64,000 bases of DNA from Candidatus Spongiihabitans sp. GTDB lineage: Bacteria > Pseudomonadota > Gammaproteobacteria > Arenicellales > Poriferihabitantaceae. Below the pieces are notes generated by a model. It searched no databases, had not been told where the DNA came from, and was given only the letters and a program-made list of their open reading frames with translations. The DNA is taken from contig OZ253452.1 of the NCBI GenBank assembly GCA_965261425.1, positions 673,160-737,159 on the forward strand. Reading direction: 5' to 3'. The position numbers and the translations under genes are program-made. Positions within the stretch are counted from its first letter, which is position 1. Every line of letters starts with the position of its first letter. This document shows positions 27,827 through 37,178 of this stretch, piece after piece.

Positions 27827-27988
27827 TAAATCCTGAGGAATGTATCAATGACTTGGTGGGTGTGCTGGAGAATATGAAAATATTTCCATGCGAAGGCAGT
27901 AGTAGTGCAAATATTCATACCGAAACACGAGTATATGAAGAAGAGATTGAAGTCGAAAATGATAGATTGCCTTTGAATTGATAGAGAA

Positions 27989-28288
27989 TTGAATAAAAAA
28001 ACACAACATTGCAGGGAGTGTTGGGCTGATTTCAAGAAAGGCAAAAAGAAAATTTTAACATTCCGACAGGCTTGTAATTCCATCATTCATGCCAAAGAGA
28101 TACTGCCGTACAAAGTTCCGCAACATGACTTAAAAAGAACCATCGAACTGGTTTATTCTGATCGAATCACTGTGCGCGGCACCCACAAAGAAAAGACAAC
28201 CCGCACATATCTTGATATAATCAAGTTTGTGCAGATAGCCGATATTTTGATTACCTATTTTCAGGAGCAGGACAATGCCAACAGATGA
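27989..28288 (+). CDS. hypothetical protein (99 aa), overlaps the next ORF by 14 nt
   Basis: ORF only; no recognisable motif. Confidence 0.35.
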   Translation: MNKKTQHCRECWADFKKGKKKILTFRQACNSIIHAKEILPYKVPQHDLKRTIELVYSDRITVRGTHKEKTTRTYLDIIKFVQIADILITYFQEQDNANR

Positions 28289-28501
28289 CAACACTTACCG
28301 ATACCATTTTAAGAAAGGCAATAAAATTATCCATACCGGCATTACCAACGATATAGACAGACGCGAGGCAGAACACCAAAGAAAATGGGGCTGGGGCAAA
28401 AAGGGCATATCAAGCAGGTTGGTCTCCGCACGACATATACAAATTCCCGTGAGTGGGAGCTGGAACAAGGGAAACAGGGCAAACCCATTAGGCAGGAATA
28501 A
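28275..28501 (+). pseudogene. small GIY-YIG-like protein gene with a frameshift at an A-run
   Basis: YRYHFKKGNKIIHTGITNDIDRREAEH resembles a GIY...YIG...R...E core. After GGCAAAAAGGG (about 28396-28406) the sensible reading, GHIKQVGLRTTYTNSREWELEQGKQGKPIRQE, continues in another frame to the stop at 28499-28501. Confidence 0.4.
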
Positions 28502-28528
28502 CATCTGAAACTGCTTCGTTTATACCGA

Positions 28529-29338
28529 TTGGAGAATGATATGCAGTTATTACACAAAGCGAATCACGATCAAGCGCAAAAAATCAATATCACTCCGCAA
28601 ATTGCGAACTGGCAATATGTTGGGTTTTGCGCTTTAACCTTAAAAAAAGGGGCACTCTGGCACGATGAGTGTCAAGACAAAGAATGTTGTATCGTCATTT
28701 TAGCTGGCAAGGCGACGATTACGGTAGCCGACCACTGTTATAAAAACATTGGAGAACGAAAATCTCCCTTTGATGAAATCCCGCCCTATGCGGTTTATAT
28801 CCCGCCCAATACGCCGGTGCAGATTAAAGCGGAAACCGATTTAGAAGTCGGCATTGGTAGCTCAACATCGGTTACCGGACAATATCCCGCACACCTGATT
28901 GAGCCTGATCAAGTCAAGGTTTCTCACCGCGGTAAGGGCGGTAATGCGCGCCGAATTCACAATATCTTGATGTTAGACCAAGCGGCAGAACGGCTCTTAT
29001 TGACCGAAGTATTTACCTCCAGCGGGCATTGGTCAAGCTATCCGCCACATAAACATGATTTGGATCAATTGCCACAGGAATCATATCTTGAAGAAACCTA
29101 TTATCACAGAATTAACCCCGCACAAGGGTTTGTATTCCAAAGAGTTTATACCGATGACTTTTCTCTGGACGAAAGCATGGCAGTCTATGATAAAGATTGT
29201 GTGATTGTGCCTAAGGGGTATCACCCGGTGGGAGTGCCCTATGGTTATCAATCGTATTACTTGAATGTCATGGCAGGACCGGTGCGTGATTGGAAGTTTA
29301 GCAATGACCCAAACCATGAATGGATTTTAGCGGATTAA
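28529..29338 (+). CDS. iolB: 5-deoxy-glucuronate isomerase
   Basis: 269-aa cupin with GHWSSYPPHKHD and KGYHPV motifs typical of IolB. Confidence 0.88.
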   Translation: MENDMQLLHKANHDQAQKINITPQIANWQYVGFCALTLKKGALWHDECQDKECCIVILAGKATITVADHCYKNIGERKSPFDEIPPYAVYIPPNTPVQIKAETDLEVGIGSSTSVTGQYPAHLIEPDQVKVSHRGKGGNARRIHNILMLDQAAERLLLTEVFTSSGHWSSYPPHKHDLDQLPQESYLEETYYHRINPAQGFVFQRVYTDDFSLDESMAVYDKDCVIVPKGYHPVGVPYGYQSYYLNVMAGPVRDWKFSNDPNHEWILAD

Positions 29339-29367
29339 CAGGCAACCTGTTGCCATGCTCAGGACAA

Positions 29368-29485
29368 GATACTGTGTCAAATCTTTATGGGCAACCCTTG
29401 CGGGTTTGGCTATTTTACTGGATTCCTGCTTTCGAGACTGTGCAAAAAACCAATATTCGGCATTCCTAACCCCCCTTGCCCCCCT
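29368..29485. repeat. Mosaic intergenic repeat ending in the IS110 target string CCTTGCCCCCCT
   Basis: GATACTGTG.., CAACCCTTGCGGGTTTGGCTATTTTACTGGATTCCTGC, GAGACTGTGCAAAAAACCAATATTCGGCATTCCTAACCCCCCTTGCCCCCCT. The stem-loop followed by a T-run after iolB may terminate transcription. Confidence 0.8.
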
Positions 29486-29909
29486 CGTATGATCCCAATC
29501 GGGTAAATTATCAACTCGTTTAGTGGTTTTTAATGGACCCTATCCAACGGCGGTTGGATGGGTAGTCGTGATGCAGTAGCCCCCAGTAAGTTTTTAAACT
29601 TGTTGATAAGGTATCGCACCTACTACCCGCTTTACCGGTTTTTGCTCCTCGACAATTGCTCCTGCATTGTTCTAATAAGTTACATCCATGTAACGATACA
29701 AAACCGGCATACGACCGCCATGGATGGCGGAAGTGCAAATAATGCAGGAGCAATTATTTGCCCGTACATCCTTGTACATTAACATCATCAAGTGCGGACA
29801 GTATCTGGTGCAAGACCAAAAATCTGAGCACGAATAGTACGAGGATGCACCGAAGTTAAATGATCCAACCTATCTACAATTATAACCGGAGAATGTGATG
29901 TTATGTATC
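29486..29909 (+). mobile_element. Second IS110-family copy: left end plus the first 4 codons only (truncated)
   Basis: Apart from the 145-nt insertion it is nearly identical (a handful of mismatches) to the reverse complement of 6591-6867, including ATG TTA TGT ATC (MLCI). Homology stops at 29909. Confidence 0.9.
29635..29779 (-). mobile_element. Hairpin-module miniature element, 145-nt form (core plus modules B and C) inside the IS110 left end
   Basis: It is absent from the otherwise near-identical copy at 6603-6867. The filled site reads CCCGCTT-TA-[145 nt]-TA-ACATCATC and the empty site reads CCCGCTT-TA-ACTTCATC. Confidence 0.9.
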
Positions 29910-29935
29910 AGTAGTCATCATCATAGGAGGTATTA

Positions 29936-30442
29936 ATGACAGTAGAGATTATGCGAACGGACAAGTCGGCCTGCGATCTTCGGCGCGCCGCTGCGGCGTG
30001 CAGGGACGCGAAAGCGGCCCGACGGATGCTGGCGATTGCGTTGATTTTGGACGGCACTGACCGCAAGACGGCGGCCGCGAACTGCGGGATGGATCGCCAG
30101 ACGTTGCGTGACTGGGTACACCGTTACAATGACGCGGGGATTGAGGGTCTCTCGAACCGGCGTTCGCCAGGACGGCAGCCCCTGCTCAGCGTGGCACAGA
30201 AGGCGGAGTTGGCATCGCTTGTGCGTGAGGGGCCGGATCCCGAAACGGACGGCGTGGTGCGCTGGCGGCGCATTGACCTCAAGCGCAAGATTGAGGAGCG
30301 CTTTGGCGTTGTCATGCATGAGCGGACCGTTAGCAAACAACTGGTAAAACTTGGTTTTCGACGCTTGTCTGTGCGCCCGCAGCATCCGAAATCCGACCCG
30401 GATGCGCAGGATGCGTTTAAAAAAACTTCGCTGCAGAGGTAG
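29936..30442 (+). CDS. IS630-family transposase OrfA (HTH / DNA-binding part)
   Basis: Winged-helix/HTH region (…RQTLRDWVHRYNDAGIEGLSNRRSPGRQPLLS…) typical of IS630/Tc1 N-termini. It ends 17 nt after an A7 run. Confidence 0.85.
   Translation: MTVEIMRTDKSACDLRRAAAACRDAKAARRMLAIALILDGTDRKTAAANCGMDRQTLRDWVHRYNDAGIEGLSNRRSPGRQPLLSVAQKAELASLVREGPDPETDGVVRWRRIDLKRKIEERFGVVMHERTVSKQLVKLGFRRLSVRPQHPKSDPDAQDAFKKTSLQR
30419..30425 (+). promoter_or_regulatory. A7 slippery run: candidate -1 ribosomal frameshift or transcriptional slippage site joining OrfA and OrfB
   Basis: GCG TTT AAA AAA ACT in frame 0. Slipping back one base gives …KK-NFAAEV… and continues into the DDE domain. Confidence 0.6.
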
Positions 30443-30999
30443 CGGCCGTTCTGCCCAAAACGGCCTGCGGCAAACCATTGGAGATTTGGTTTCAGGACGA
30501 AGCTCGTGTGGGTCAGCAAGGGACGCTGACACGTATATGGGCCGAACGGGGAACCCGGCCGCGTGCGCCGCGTGATACACGTTATACGTCGGGCTATATC
30601 TTCGGCGCGGTTTGTCCCGAACGCGCCGAGGCTGCTGCGCTGATCATGCCGTATGCGGACACGTCCGCTATGAATGCACATCTGTGCGAGATCGCCAGGA
30701 CGGTCGCGGCTGGGGCCCATGCCTTGCTCATCCTCGACGGTGCAGGCTGGCACGGATCAGCAAAACGGGAAGTGCCAGACAACATCACCCTGCTCAAACT
30801 CCCGCCCTATGCGCCAGAACTCAACCCGATGGAAAACGTTTGGGCCTACCTGCGCGCCAACAAGCTGGCAATCTCTGTGTTTGAATCCTACGATGAGTTC
30901 GTCGACAAATGCTGCGATGCCTGGAATTTCTTCGCAGAGGACAAACAGGCAATCACATCAATTACATCACGTAATTGGGCCAAAACAGTCAATCAATAG
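30424..30999 (+). CDS. IS630-family transposase OrfB (DDE domain), -1 frame relative to OrfA
   Basis: From AAC at 30424 the -1 frame reads NFAAEVAAVLPKTACGKPLEIWFQDEARVGQQG…LILDGAGWH…PPYAPELNPMENVW, which carries the DDE triad contexts. An OrfA-OrfB fusion would be about 355 aa. Confidence 0.85.
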   Translation, partial: NFAAEVAAVLPKTACGKPLEIWFQDEARVGQQGTLTRIWAERGTRPRAPRDTRYTSGYIFGAVCPERAEAAALIMPYADTSAMNAHLCEIARTVAAGAHALLILDGAGWHGSAKREVPDNITLLKLPPYAPELNPMENVWAYLRANKLAISVFESYDEFVDKCCDAWNFFAEDKQAITSITSRNWAKTVNQ

Positions 31000-31194
31000 A
31001 GCCGTTGGACTAATAGGGTCGATAACGAACACTTGGCGACACCAATTACGATTGGACGTGTACGGATCGTGCCGATTGCTTAGCTAGGACAGATTAGATA
31101 TCTAAAACCGATTTTGTGAGCAGACTCTAATTAATGGGACAGTTAATTTACTCGTAACAACATTTGAGCTTTGGGTTGACAATTATGGTTTTGT

Positions 31195-32817
31195 TCATGC
31201 ACGTCGATCTTTTTTAATCATGTCAGATGCTTTTTCAGCGATCATAATCACGGGCGAATTGGTATTTCCTGAGATAATCGTAGGCATGACAGATGCGTCA
31301 ACAACCCTAAGGCACTGCAAGCCATGTACCCGTAGTCGCTCATCTACGACCGACAAGTCATCGCACCCCATTTTGCAGGTGCCGACTGGGTGAAAAATGG
31401 TTGTCGCAATATTACCAGCTTCGTGCACTAATTCTTCATCCGATTTTATGTGCTCACCCGGCAATAATTCCTCAGGTTCATAGTGGGATACCGCACTGGC
31501 TTTCATAATTTCTCGGGTCAACCTGATGGATTTAGCCGCAATATCGCGGTCGTTTTTTGTGGATAGATAATTCGTCCAAATTGCCGGTTGTTCCTTATTG
31601 TCCGTTGATTTAATATGTATTGTCCCTCGGCTTTCCGGACGTAAATTACAAACTGATGCCGTAATCGCTGGGTAAGGATGAAGCGGATCACCAAGCTTAT
31701 CCGTACTGAGCGGTTGAATATGATATTCCAAATCCGGTGTCGCAATACGCGGATCACTTTTGGCAAATAGCCCTAACTGACTGGGTGCCATTGATAACGG
31801 GCCGGATCTGAACAGAGCATATTCCATGCCCATGGCTATTTTACCAAGCAGGCTATTCGCTTTTTGATTTAAGGTAATAGCGTTCTTAATTTTAAATACG
31901 GTACGTATCTGCAAGTGATCCTGGAGATTTTCTCCAACGCCACCTAACTCGTGTATCATCGGAATTCCAAATTTGGATAAAACGTCACCACAGCCGATAC
32001 CGGATAGTTCCAAAATCTGGGGGCTATTCACTGCACCAGCAGCTAATATGACCTCGCCATCAGCCATCGCCGTTGCAGGTTTTCCCTTTAATTCAAAGTT
32101 TACTCCTACCGCTTTTTTACTCTCAATAATTAAGGAGGTGGTATGCGCGTGTGTCAGTACTTTCAGGTTTGGGCGTTTGAGGGCTGGCTTAAGAAAAGCC
32201 CGTGCCGTACTCATGCGCCACCCACCTTTTTGGTTTACCTCAAAATAACCTGAACCTTCGTTATTGCCACCATTGAAATCATCGGTTTTCGGTATACCAA
32301 CTTCTTCAGCAGCGTCTCTAAAAGCATCCAGAATATCCCAGGACAGGCGCTGTTTATCCACCTGCCACTCACCGCCGGATCCATGCATATCACTTTTTCC
32401 TAGATAGTGATTTTCGGACTTGATGAAAAAGGGCAGAATATCGTCCCATCCCCAACCTGTGTTACCCAGATGACACCAATGGTCATAATCTGCCGCCTGA
32501 CCACGCATATAGATCATACCGTTAATGGAAGAACATCCCCCAAGCACCTTGCCCCGAGGATAGTTCAATCTGCGCCCATTTAACCCGGCATCAGGTTCAG
32601 TCCTCATCATCCAGTCGGTGCGGGGGTTACCCATACAATAGAGATAACCGATTGGGATATGTATCCAGTGATAATTATCTTTGCCACCCGCCTCCAGTAA
32701 CAAGACTTTAATATCAGAGTCTTCACTAAGACGATTTGCGAGCACACAACCGGCAGAGCCAGCACCGATGATAATGTAGTCAAAGCTACCTGCTTCTATA
32801 TTTTTTACTTTTGACAC
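31195..32817 (-). CDS. GMC-family FAD oxidoreductase (choline/alcohol dehydrogenase-like)
   Basis: [20 protein letters not shown] dinucleotide fold, the [14 protein letters not shown] signature, and the C-terminal HPVGTCKMG. Confidence 0.88.
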   Translation of the reverse strand: MSKVKNIEAGSFDYIIIGAGSAGCVLANRLSEDSDIKVLLLEAGGKDNYHWIHIPIGYLYCMGNPRTDWMMRTEPDAGLNGRRLNYPRGKVLGGCSSINGMIYMRGQAADYDHWCHLGNTGWGWDDILPFFIKSENHYLGKSDMHGSGGEWQVDKQRLSWDILDAFRDAAEEVGIPKTDDFNGGNNEGSGYFEVNQKGGWRMSTARAFLKPALKRPNLKVLTHAHTTSLIIESKKAVGVNFELKGKPATAMADGEVILAAGAVNSPQILELSGIGCGDVLSKFGIPMIHELGGVGENLQDHLQIRTVFKIKNAITLNQKANSLLGKIAMGMEYALFRSGPLSMAPSQLGLFAKSDPRIATPDLEYHIQPLSTDKLGDPLHPYPAITASVCNLRPESRGTIHIKSTDNKEQPAIWTNYLSTKNDRDIAAKSIRLTREIMKASAVSHYEPEELLPGEHIKSDEELVHEAGNIATTIFHPVGTCKMGCDDLSVVDERLRVHGLQCLRVVDASVMPTIISGNTNSPVIMIAEKASDMIKKDRRA

Positions 32818-32995
32818 CCTGCTCTACCTATTTGTTGTGTTCGCGATACTTAATATTGGTACTCGAGGTTTCAGTTCGACTAAAAGCTCATAGGCTCCAA
32901 GTGTCGATGTTGGGCTGCCAAATTCATAAAGGCTTTCGGCTTCATCGACCACGAGTGAGTAAATCCAATTGATTTCATTTCACTGTTCCCTGTTT

Positions 32996-34513
32996 TTAAT
33001 TATTGGAAAGGCTTTTTAGTTTGTCCCATGAAGGACCAAGGTCATCACAAAGCGCAGAGAATATCTCATACCGCTTCGCATAAACTTCCTGCTTTTCTGG
33101 GTTGGGTATGTAGTTCCGGTCTAGTTTTGTCATTTGCCTAACACCGGTCTCGTAGCCATCAAACACGCCCGCCCCGATCCCAGCTGTTATGGCAGCACCC
33201 AGCGCTCCTGTTTCATGACACTTTGCGATGGAAACCGGAACATTTAGGATGTCCGCAAACATTTGAGGCCAAATCGGGCTTCGAGATCCTCCGCCAGATA
33301 AAATTACTTTGTTAAAATCGGCTCCAACTGCACGTAGAGTTTCGACGTGTTTACGATGACTGAAAACCACCCCCTCATAGAGCGCGTACAGCATTTCAGA
33401 ACGTCCATGCCATCCGCCGATACCGTAGAACCCGGCTCGAGCTGCACCGTTAGTGCTCGACCCATAAAGAAACGGGTGATAGATCGGTAACCCAGCGTTT
33501 AATTCCACCCCCGCAACCAAATCATTGCATACATGAAAAGGGGATATCCCGTTGTCCTGATCCATGCATGGCTCTATAAACTCGCGGACGAACCATTCAA
33601 GATTGGCCGCAGAGGTGGCACTCGATTCCAGCTCCATATAACGATCTTCACGGAAAGTCGAAGTCATGAATATTGTGTCATCAACCAACGGCTTCTCGAC
33701 TATGACCTGATTGATGCACCAAGTTCCCGCAACAATAGAAGCCTCCCCCAGCTCAACAACACCAGAACCAAGCGCACTCGCAACCACATCAAATAAGCCA
33801 GCGACAACTGGGATGCCTTCAAGCAACCCTGTTTGAGATGCGGCAGTCGCATTTATAGTACCAACGACTTCATAGGGTTCGGCCAAGGGAGGGAGCTTGT
33901 CTTCACATTCGGCAACGCCAAAAAGGTCAAGTAATTCAATGTCGTATGTACGTTCTGGTAATTTCAAGAACGCACAACCACTCATATCTGAAAAATCGCT
34001 TCCAAGGACACCTGTCAGCTTGTAGGTGACAAAATCCTTGCATAAGAAAATAGTCCCGATATTTGCATAAAGCTCCGGGTCATTTTCTTTGACCCAAGCC
34101 AATAATGTGGGGGTTTGAGACGACCATGGCTTTTGTAAACATAAGCGGTAAAGGCTATCTGCGGTGCCGTCTTTTTGCCAGCGATCAACCAGCCCCATAG
34201 CCCGACTATCCAATGACTGTATACCAAGTAATGCCTCTTTATTTTTATCCAATAGGTAAAGACCATTCCCATGACCACTACAACCAACAGCCAAAATATC
34301 AGAAGTATCAATTTCGGTCTTGGCGATGCATCCGCTGATAGCCGCTTGCGCTTGGCTCCACAGTTCGTTCATGTCACGTTCGACATATCCAACCTGTGGA
34401 TAGGCCGATGTCCCATCTTTGGAGCAAACCGCGACTTCATTACCATCAAGATCGAATAATACTGCCTTGAGCATTGTGTTCCCCGCATCCAAGCCCAATA
34501 GATAAGATCCCAT
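32996..34513 (-). CDS. FGGY-family carbohydrate/polyol kinase
   Basis: LGLDAGNTMLKAVLFD phosphate-1 motif, 505 aa, and the C-terminal ILSGGGSRSPIWPQMFADIL motif. Confidence 0.85.
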   Translation of the reverse strand: MGSYLLGLDAGNTMLKAVLFDLDGNEVAVCSKDGTSAYPQVGYVERDMNELWSQAQAAISGCIAKTEIDTSDILAVGCSGHGNGLYLLDKNKEALLGIQSLDSRAMGLVDRWQKDGTADSLYRLCLQKPWSSQTPTLLAWVKENDPELYANIGTIFLCKDFVTYKLTGVLGSDFSDMSGCAFLKLPERTYDIELLDLFGVAECEDKLPPLAEPYEVVGTINATAASQTGLLEGIPVVAGLFDVVASALGSGVVELGEASIVAGTWCINQVIVEKPLVDDTIFMTSTFREDRYMELESSATSAANLEWFVREFIEPCMDQDNGISPFHVCNDLVAGVELNAGLPIYHPFLYGSSTNGAARAGFYGIGGWHGRSEMLYALYEGVVFSHRKHVETLRAVGADFNKVILSGGGSRSPIWPQMFADILNVPVSIAKCHETGALGAAITAGIGAGVFDGYETGVRQMTKLDRNYIPNPEKQEVYAKRYEIFSALCDDLGPSWDKLKSLSNN

Positions 34514-34540
34514 AGTGTTTCTCCGTCTTATCCTACTGCC

Positions 34541-35383
34541 TTACGCGCTTTTGTAGATATCCCAGGCTTGATCACTGGTCGCCCCATCATGGATCATTGC
34601 CATCAACCCCCTTACAACTTGCTTGGGGTTGTCATGTTGGTAGATATTGCGACCATAAACCATGCCTTGAGCCCCCTGTGCCATAAGGGCATAGGACTTG
34701 TCGAAAACGGTTTTCAAATCTTCTTTACCACCACCACGAACAAGAACTGGACAACGGGAAGCCTCAATAACTTTATGAAAGTCAGAAGAATCACTGGTAG
34801 GATCTGCTTTGATAATATCCGCCCCCATTTCACGTGCGAGACGTGCCAAAGTTACGATTTTTTCAGCATCGCCATCGACCATATACCCGCCACGATCACT
34901 GTTAGGCAACATGACCAAGGGTTCTATCATCAGTGGCATTCCGTACTTTTCACAATCGTTACGAACTCGGGCAATATTAGAGACGCATTGGCGGAATAGA
35001 TCAGGCTCATCCGGCAACATGAACAAATTCACAACCACACATGCCGCATCCAATTGTAAGGCAGCGAGAATAGGCTCTTCAGTATTTTGAAGTTCTGCCC
35101 ACATAATGCGATGTCGCGTAGCATTATAGGGATTCCCCATATCAATACGCATTACTAGCGCAGGTTTATCCTTACCTGGCTTGGTTTGGAGTAAATCACA
35201 TTCGCCATAATTCATTTGAATGGCATCGGGACCTGCATCCACTAATTGATCGACAACTTTTCCAATGTCTTCCAAGCCATTTAAAAAAGATGGCTCATTA
35301 CAAACCCCGTGATCTATCGCTACATCCAGACATTTTCCGTGTCCGAATAGACGATTCATTCGCATTTTTTTACTTATTAACAT
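34541..35383 (-). CDS. DhnA/FbaB/LsrF-type class I aldolase family protein
   Basis: 280-aa TIM-barrel ORF with LDVAIDHG…, …ADIIKADPT… and VLVRGGG… contexts typical of this family. Confidence 0.7.
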   Translation of the reverse strand: MLISKKMRMNRLFGHGKCLDVAIDHGVCNEPSFLNGLEDIGKVVDQLVDAGPDAIQMNYGECDLLQTKPGKDKPALVMRIDMGNPYNATRHRIMWAELQNTEEPILAALQLDAACVVVNLFMLPDEPDLFRQCVSNIARVRNDCEKYGMPLMIEPLVMLPNSDRGGYMVDGDAEKIVTLARLAREMGADIIKADPTSDSSDFHKVIEASRCPVLVRGGGKEDLKTVFDKSYALMAQGAQGMVYGRNIYQHDNPKQVVRGLMAMIHDGATSDQAWDIYKSA

Positions 35384-35392
35384 TGGTATTTC

Positions 35393-37132
35393 CTAATTTG
35401 ATTTTCTTTGACGTAGGACTTCTTCTGAAAGGCCGTGAAAATGATATAGAAGATTCAAAATCTCCTCCAACTCCAGATCCTTTAACTCTGAGGTCCAATT
35501 TTTCATTTTGGCCAGTATCCCGAGAATTTCATGGATAACCGCAAGCGATAAATCACCGCTGATTGCAATGGATGTGCGTCGACATATAATATCGCTAAGG
35601 TGTACGACGCGTTCGTTTTCAATAATAAATTCGATCTCTTGTTTTGAATAACTAGGTAAATTATTTAAGGGCTGATCTGATTTTTCAGTTATATACTCAA
35701 GAACTTGCGTGGCATTCGTGCCATAACGCTCAACGAGAGTGCTGATACGCTTTTTATCCAGATTGGATCTGCTGGCTAAATCGGAAACCCACTTTGAATG
35801 TTCCCCATGCATCTTGGGAAAGTTCCGTCCCCCACCGATTGCCAGATCACGCGTTGAAATTGCTCTTGGTATATCGAGCATTTCCAATATCTGGTTTGCA
35901 ACCTGTTCTCCAAAGGCACGGAAAGTCGTCCATTTCCCGCCAATCATGCATAAAACGGGGATCCTATAACCTTCATCTTTTGATACTATCTTACAATAGT
36001 AATCACGGCTTATCCGCCCCGTAACCGTACTATCGCTTTGGGGAAGAGAACGAACACCACTAAATGAATAGAGAATATCAGACGGATCAATCGCGATATT
36101 TGGGAACACAAATGCCAACGATTGCAGAATATAATCACGCTCAAAATCTTCGCAGCGGCTACCTTCTGGATTATCTAGTTTTAAATCCGTTGACCCGACC
36201 AACACGTTGCCAAAATAAGGAAATAGAATACACACCCGACCTTCTTGGTTTTCGTAATAAACCATTTGGTTTCCAGTTGCTTTTAATAAATCTTTATTGC
36301 GAATTACCAGGTGAGAACCTTTGGTACCTCCAACAATATTGGTTTTTTTATTTTCAGGGGACGACGATAACGCACCGTTTGTAAAATCCATCCATGCCCC
36401 GGTGGCATTGACTATAAGGTCTGGCTTAATTGTGATGCGCTCTCGTGTTTTTACATCCGTTATATGAACGACTTCACCATCAGACCCATCAACATTCATG
36501 TAATTAAGCGCGTTCGCTTTGGGATGGCTTTTTTCGATATCCCTAATCATTTCAAGACCAAGGCGTTCGGGGTAGGTGATCCAGGCATCATAATAGATGG
36601 CGCTACATTTCACATCAGGATGAAAATCAGGCAAAGCATCAAAGGTCTCTCGCTTACCACGAAACTTATGCTTCGGCATGACGCGATCTGACCTAGTAAA
36701 GAGGTCATAAAGGGCTAAGCCTATTTTTACGATTATGGCACCGCGGCGCGATGGTTTCTCAGACAGCCCTAAAAACCGCCGAGTTGCCCCCCAAACACCT
36801 GTGAAGTAATGAAAAACAGGGACAACTGTTGCCAGTGGAGTCACATAATGTGGTGCGTTTTTTAGAAGATTGTTGCGCTCGCGAAGAGCTTCTTTGACCA
36901 ATTGAAACTCACCATTTTCCATGTAGCGTAAACCACCATGTATCATTCGCGACAACGCCGTACTTGCCCCACTACAAAAATCATTGCGTTCGACCAAAAC
37001 CACATCAACACTCTGGAGTGCCAATTCACGGTAAAGACCAATGCCGTTGATGCCCCCACCCACAATCAAAACCGAAGGGTTTTGATTGTTACGAAGCGCA
37101 CTTAGCGTATGTTCTCGTGTCTGGTAGGACAT
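35393..37132 (-). CDS. FAD-dependent glycerol-3-phosphate-dehydrogenase-like (GlpD/EryB-like) oxidoreductase
   Basis: VLIVGGGINGIGLYRELA FAD fold, SRMIHGGLRYMENGEF signature, and a C-terminal alpha-helical domain; 579 aa. Confidence 0.82.
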   Translation of the reverse strand: MSYQTREHTLSALRNNQNPSVLIVGGGINGIGLYRELALQSVDVVLVERNDFCSGASTALSRMIHGGLRYMENGEFQLVKEALRERNNLLKNAPHYVTPLATVVPVFHYFTGVWGATRRFLGLSEKPSRRGAIIVKIGLALYDLFTRSDRVMPKHKFRGKRETFDALPDFHPDVKCSAIYYDAWITYPERLGLEMIRDIEKSHPKANALNYMNVDGSDGEVVHITDVKTRERITIKPDLIVNATGAWMDFTNGALSSSPENKKTNIVGGTKGSHLVIRNKDLLKATGNQMVYYENQEGRVCILFPYFGNVLVGSTDLKLDNPEGSRCEDFERDYILQSLAFVFPNIAIDPSDILYSFSGVRSLPQSDSTVTGRISRDYYCKIVSKDEGYRIPVLCMIGGKWTTFRAFGEQVANQILEMLDIPRAISTRDLAIGGGRNFPKMHGEHSKWVSDLASRSNLDKKRISTLVERYGTNATQVLEYITEKSDQPLNNLPSYSKQEIEFIIENERVVHLSDIICRRTSIAISGDLSLAVIHEILGILAKMKNWTSELKDLELEEILNLLYHFHGLSEEVLRQRKSN

Positions 37133-37178
37133 TTTGAAACTTTCTTATGGCGGAATACGGTCGAGATTTAAGGAAAAA

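Larger units (their letters stand above)
29910..31030 (+). mobile_element. IS630-family insertion sequence (ends not resolved)
   Basis: Two-ORF DDE transposase. Visibly GC-rich from about 29940 to 31000, against an AT-richer background. The left limit is set by the loss of IS110 homology at 29909; the right limit is approximate. Confidence 0.75.

Noticed and set aside
29910-31140. Terminal inverted repeats and TA duplication of the IS630 element
   Set aside because: Only weak similarities were found (for example TAGTCA versus TAGTCC, ATTAAT… versus ATTAAT…). The ends are left undefined rather than asserted.
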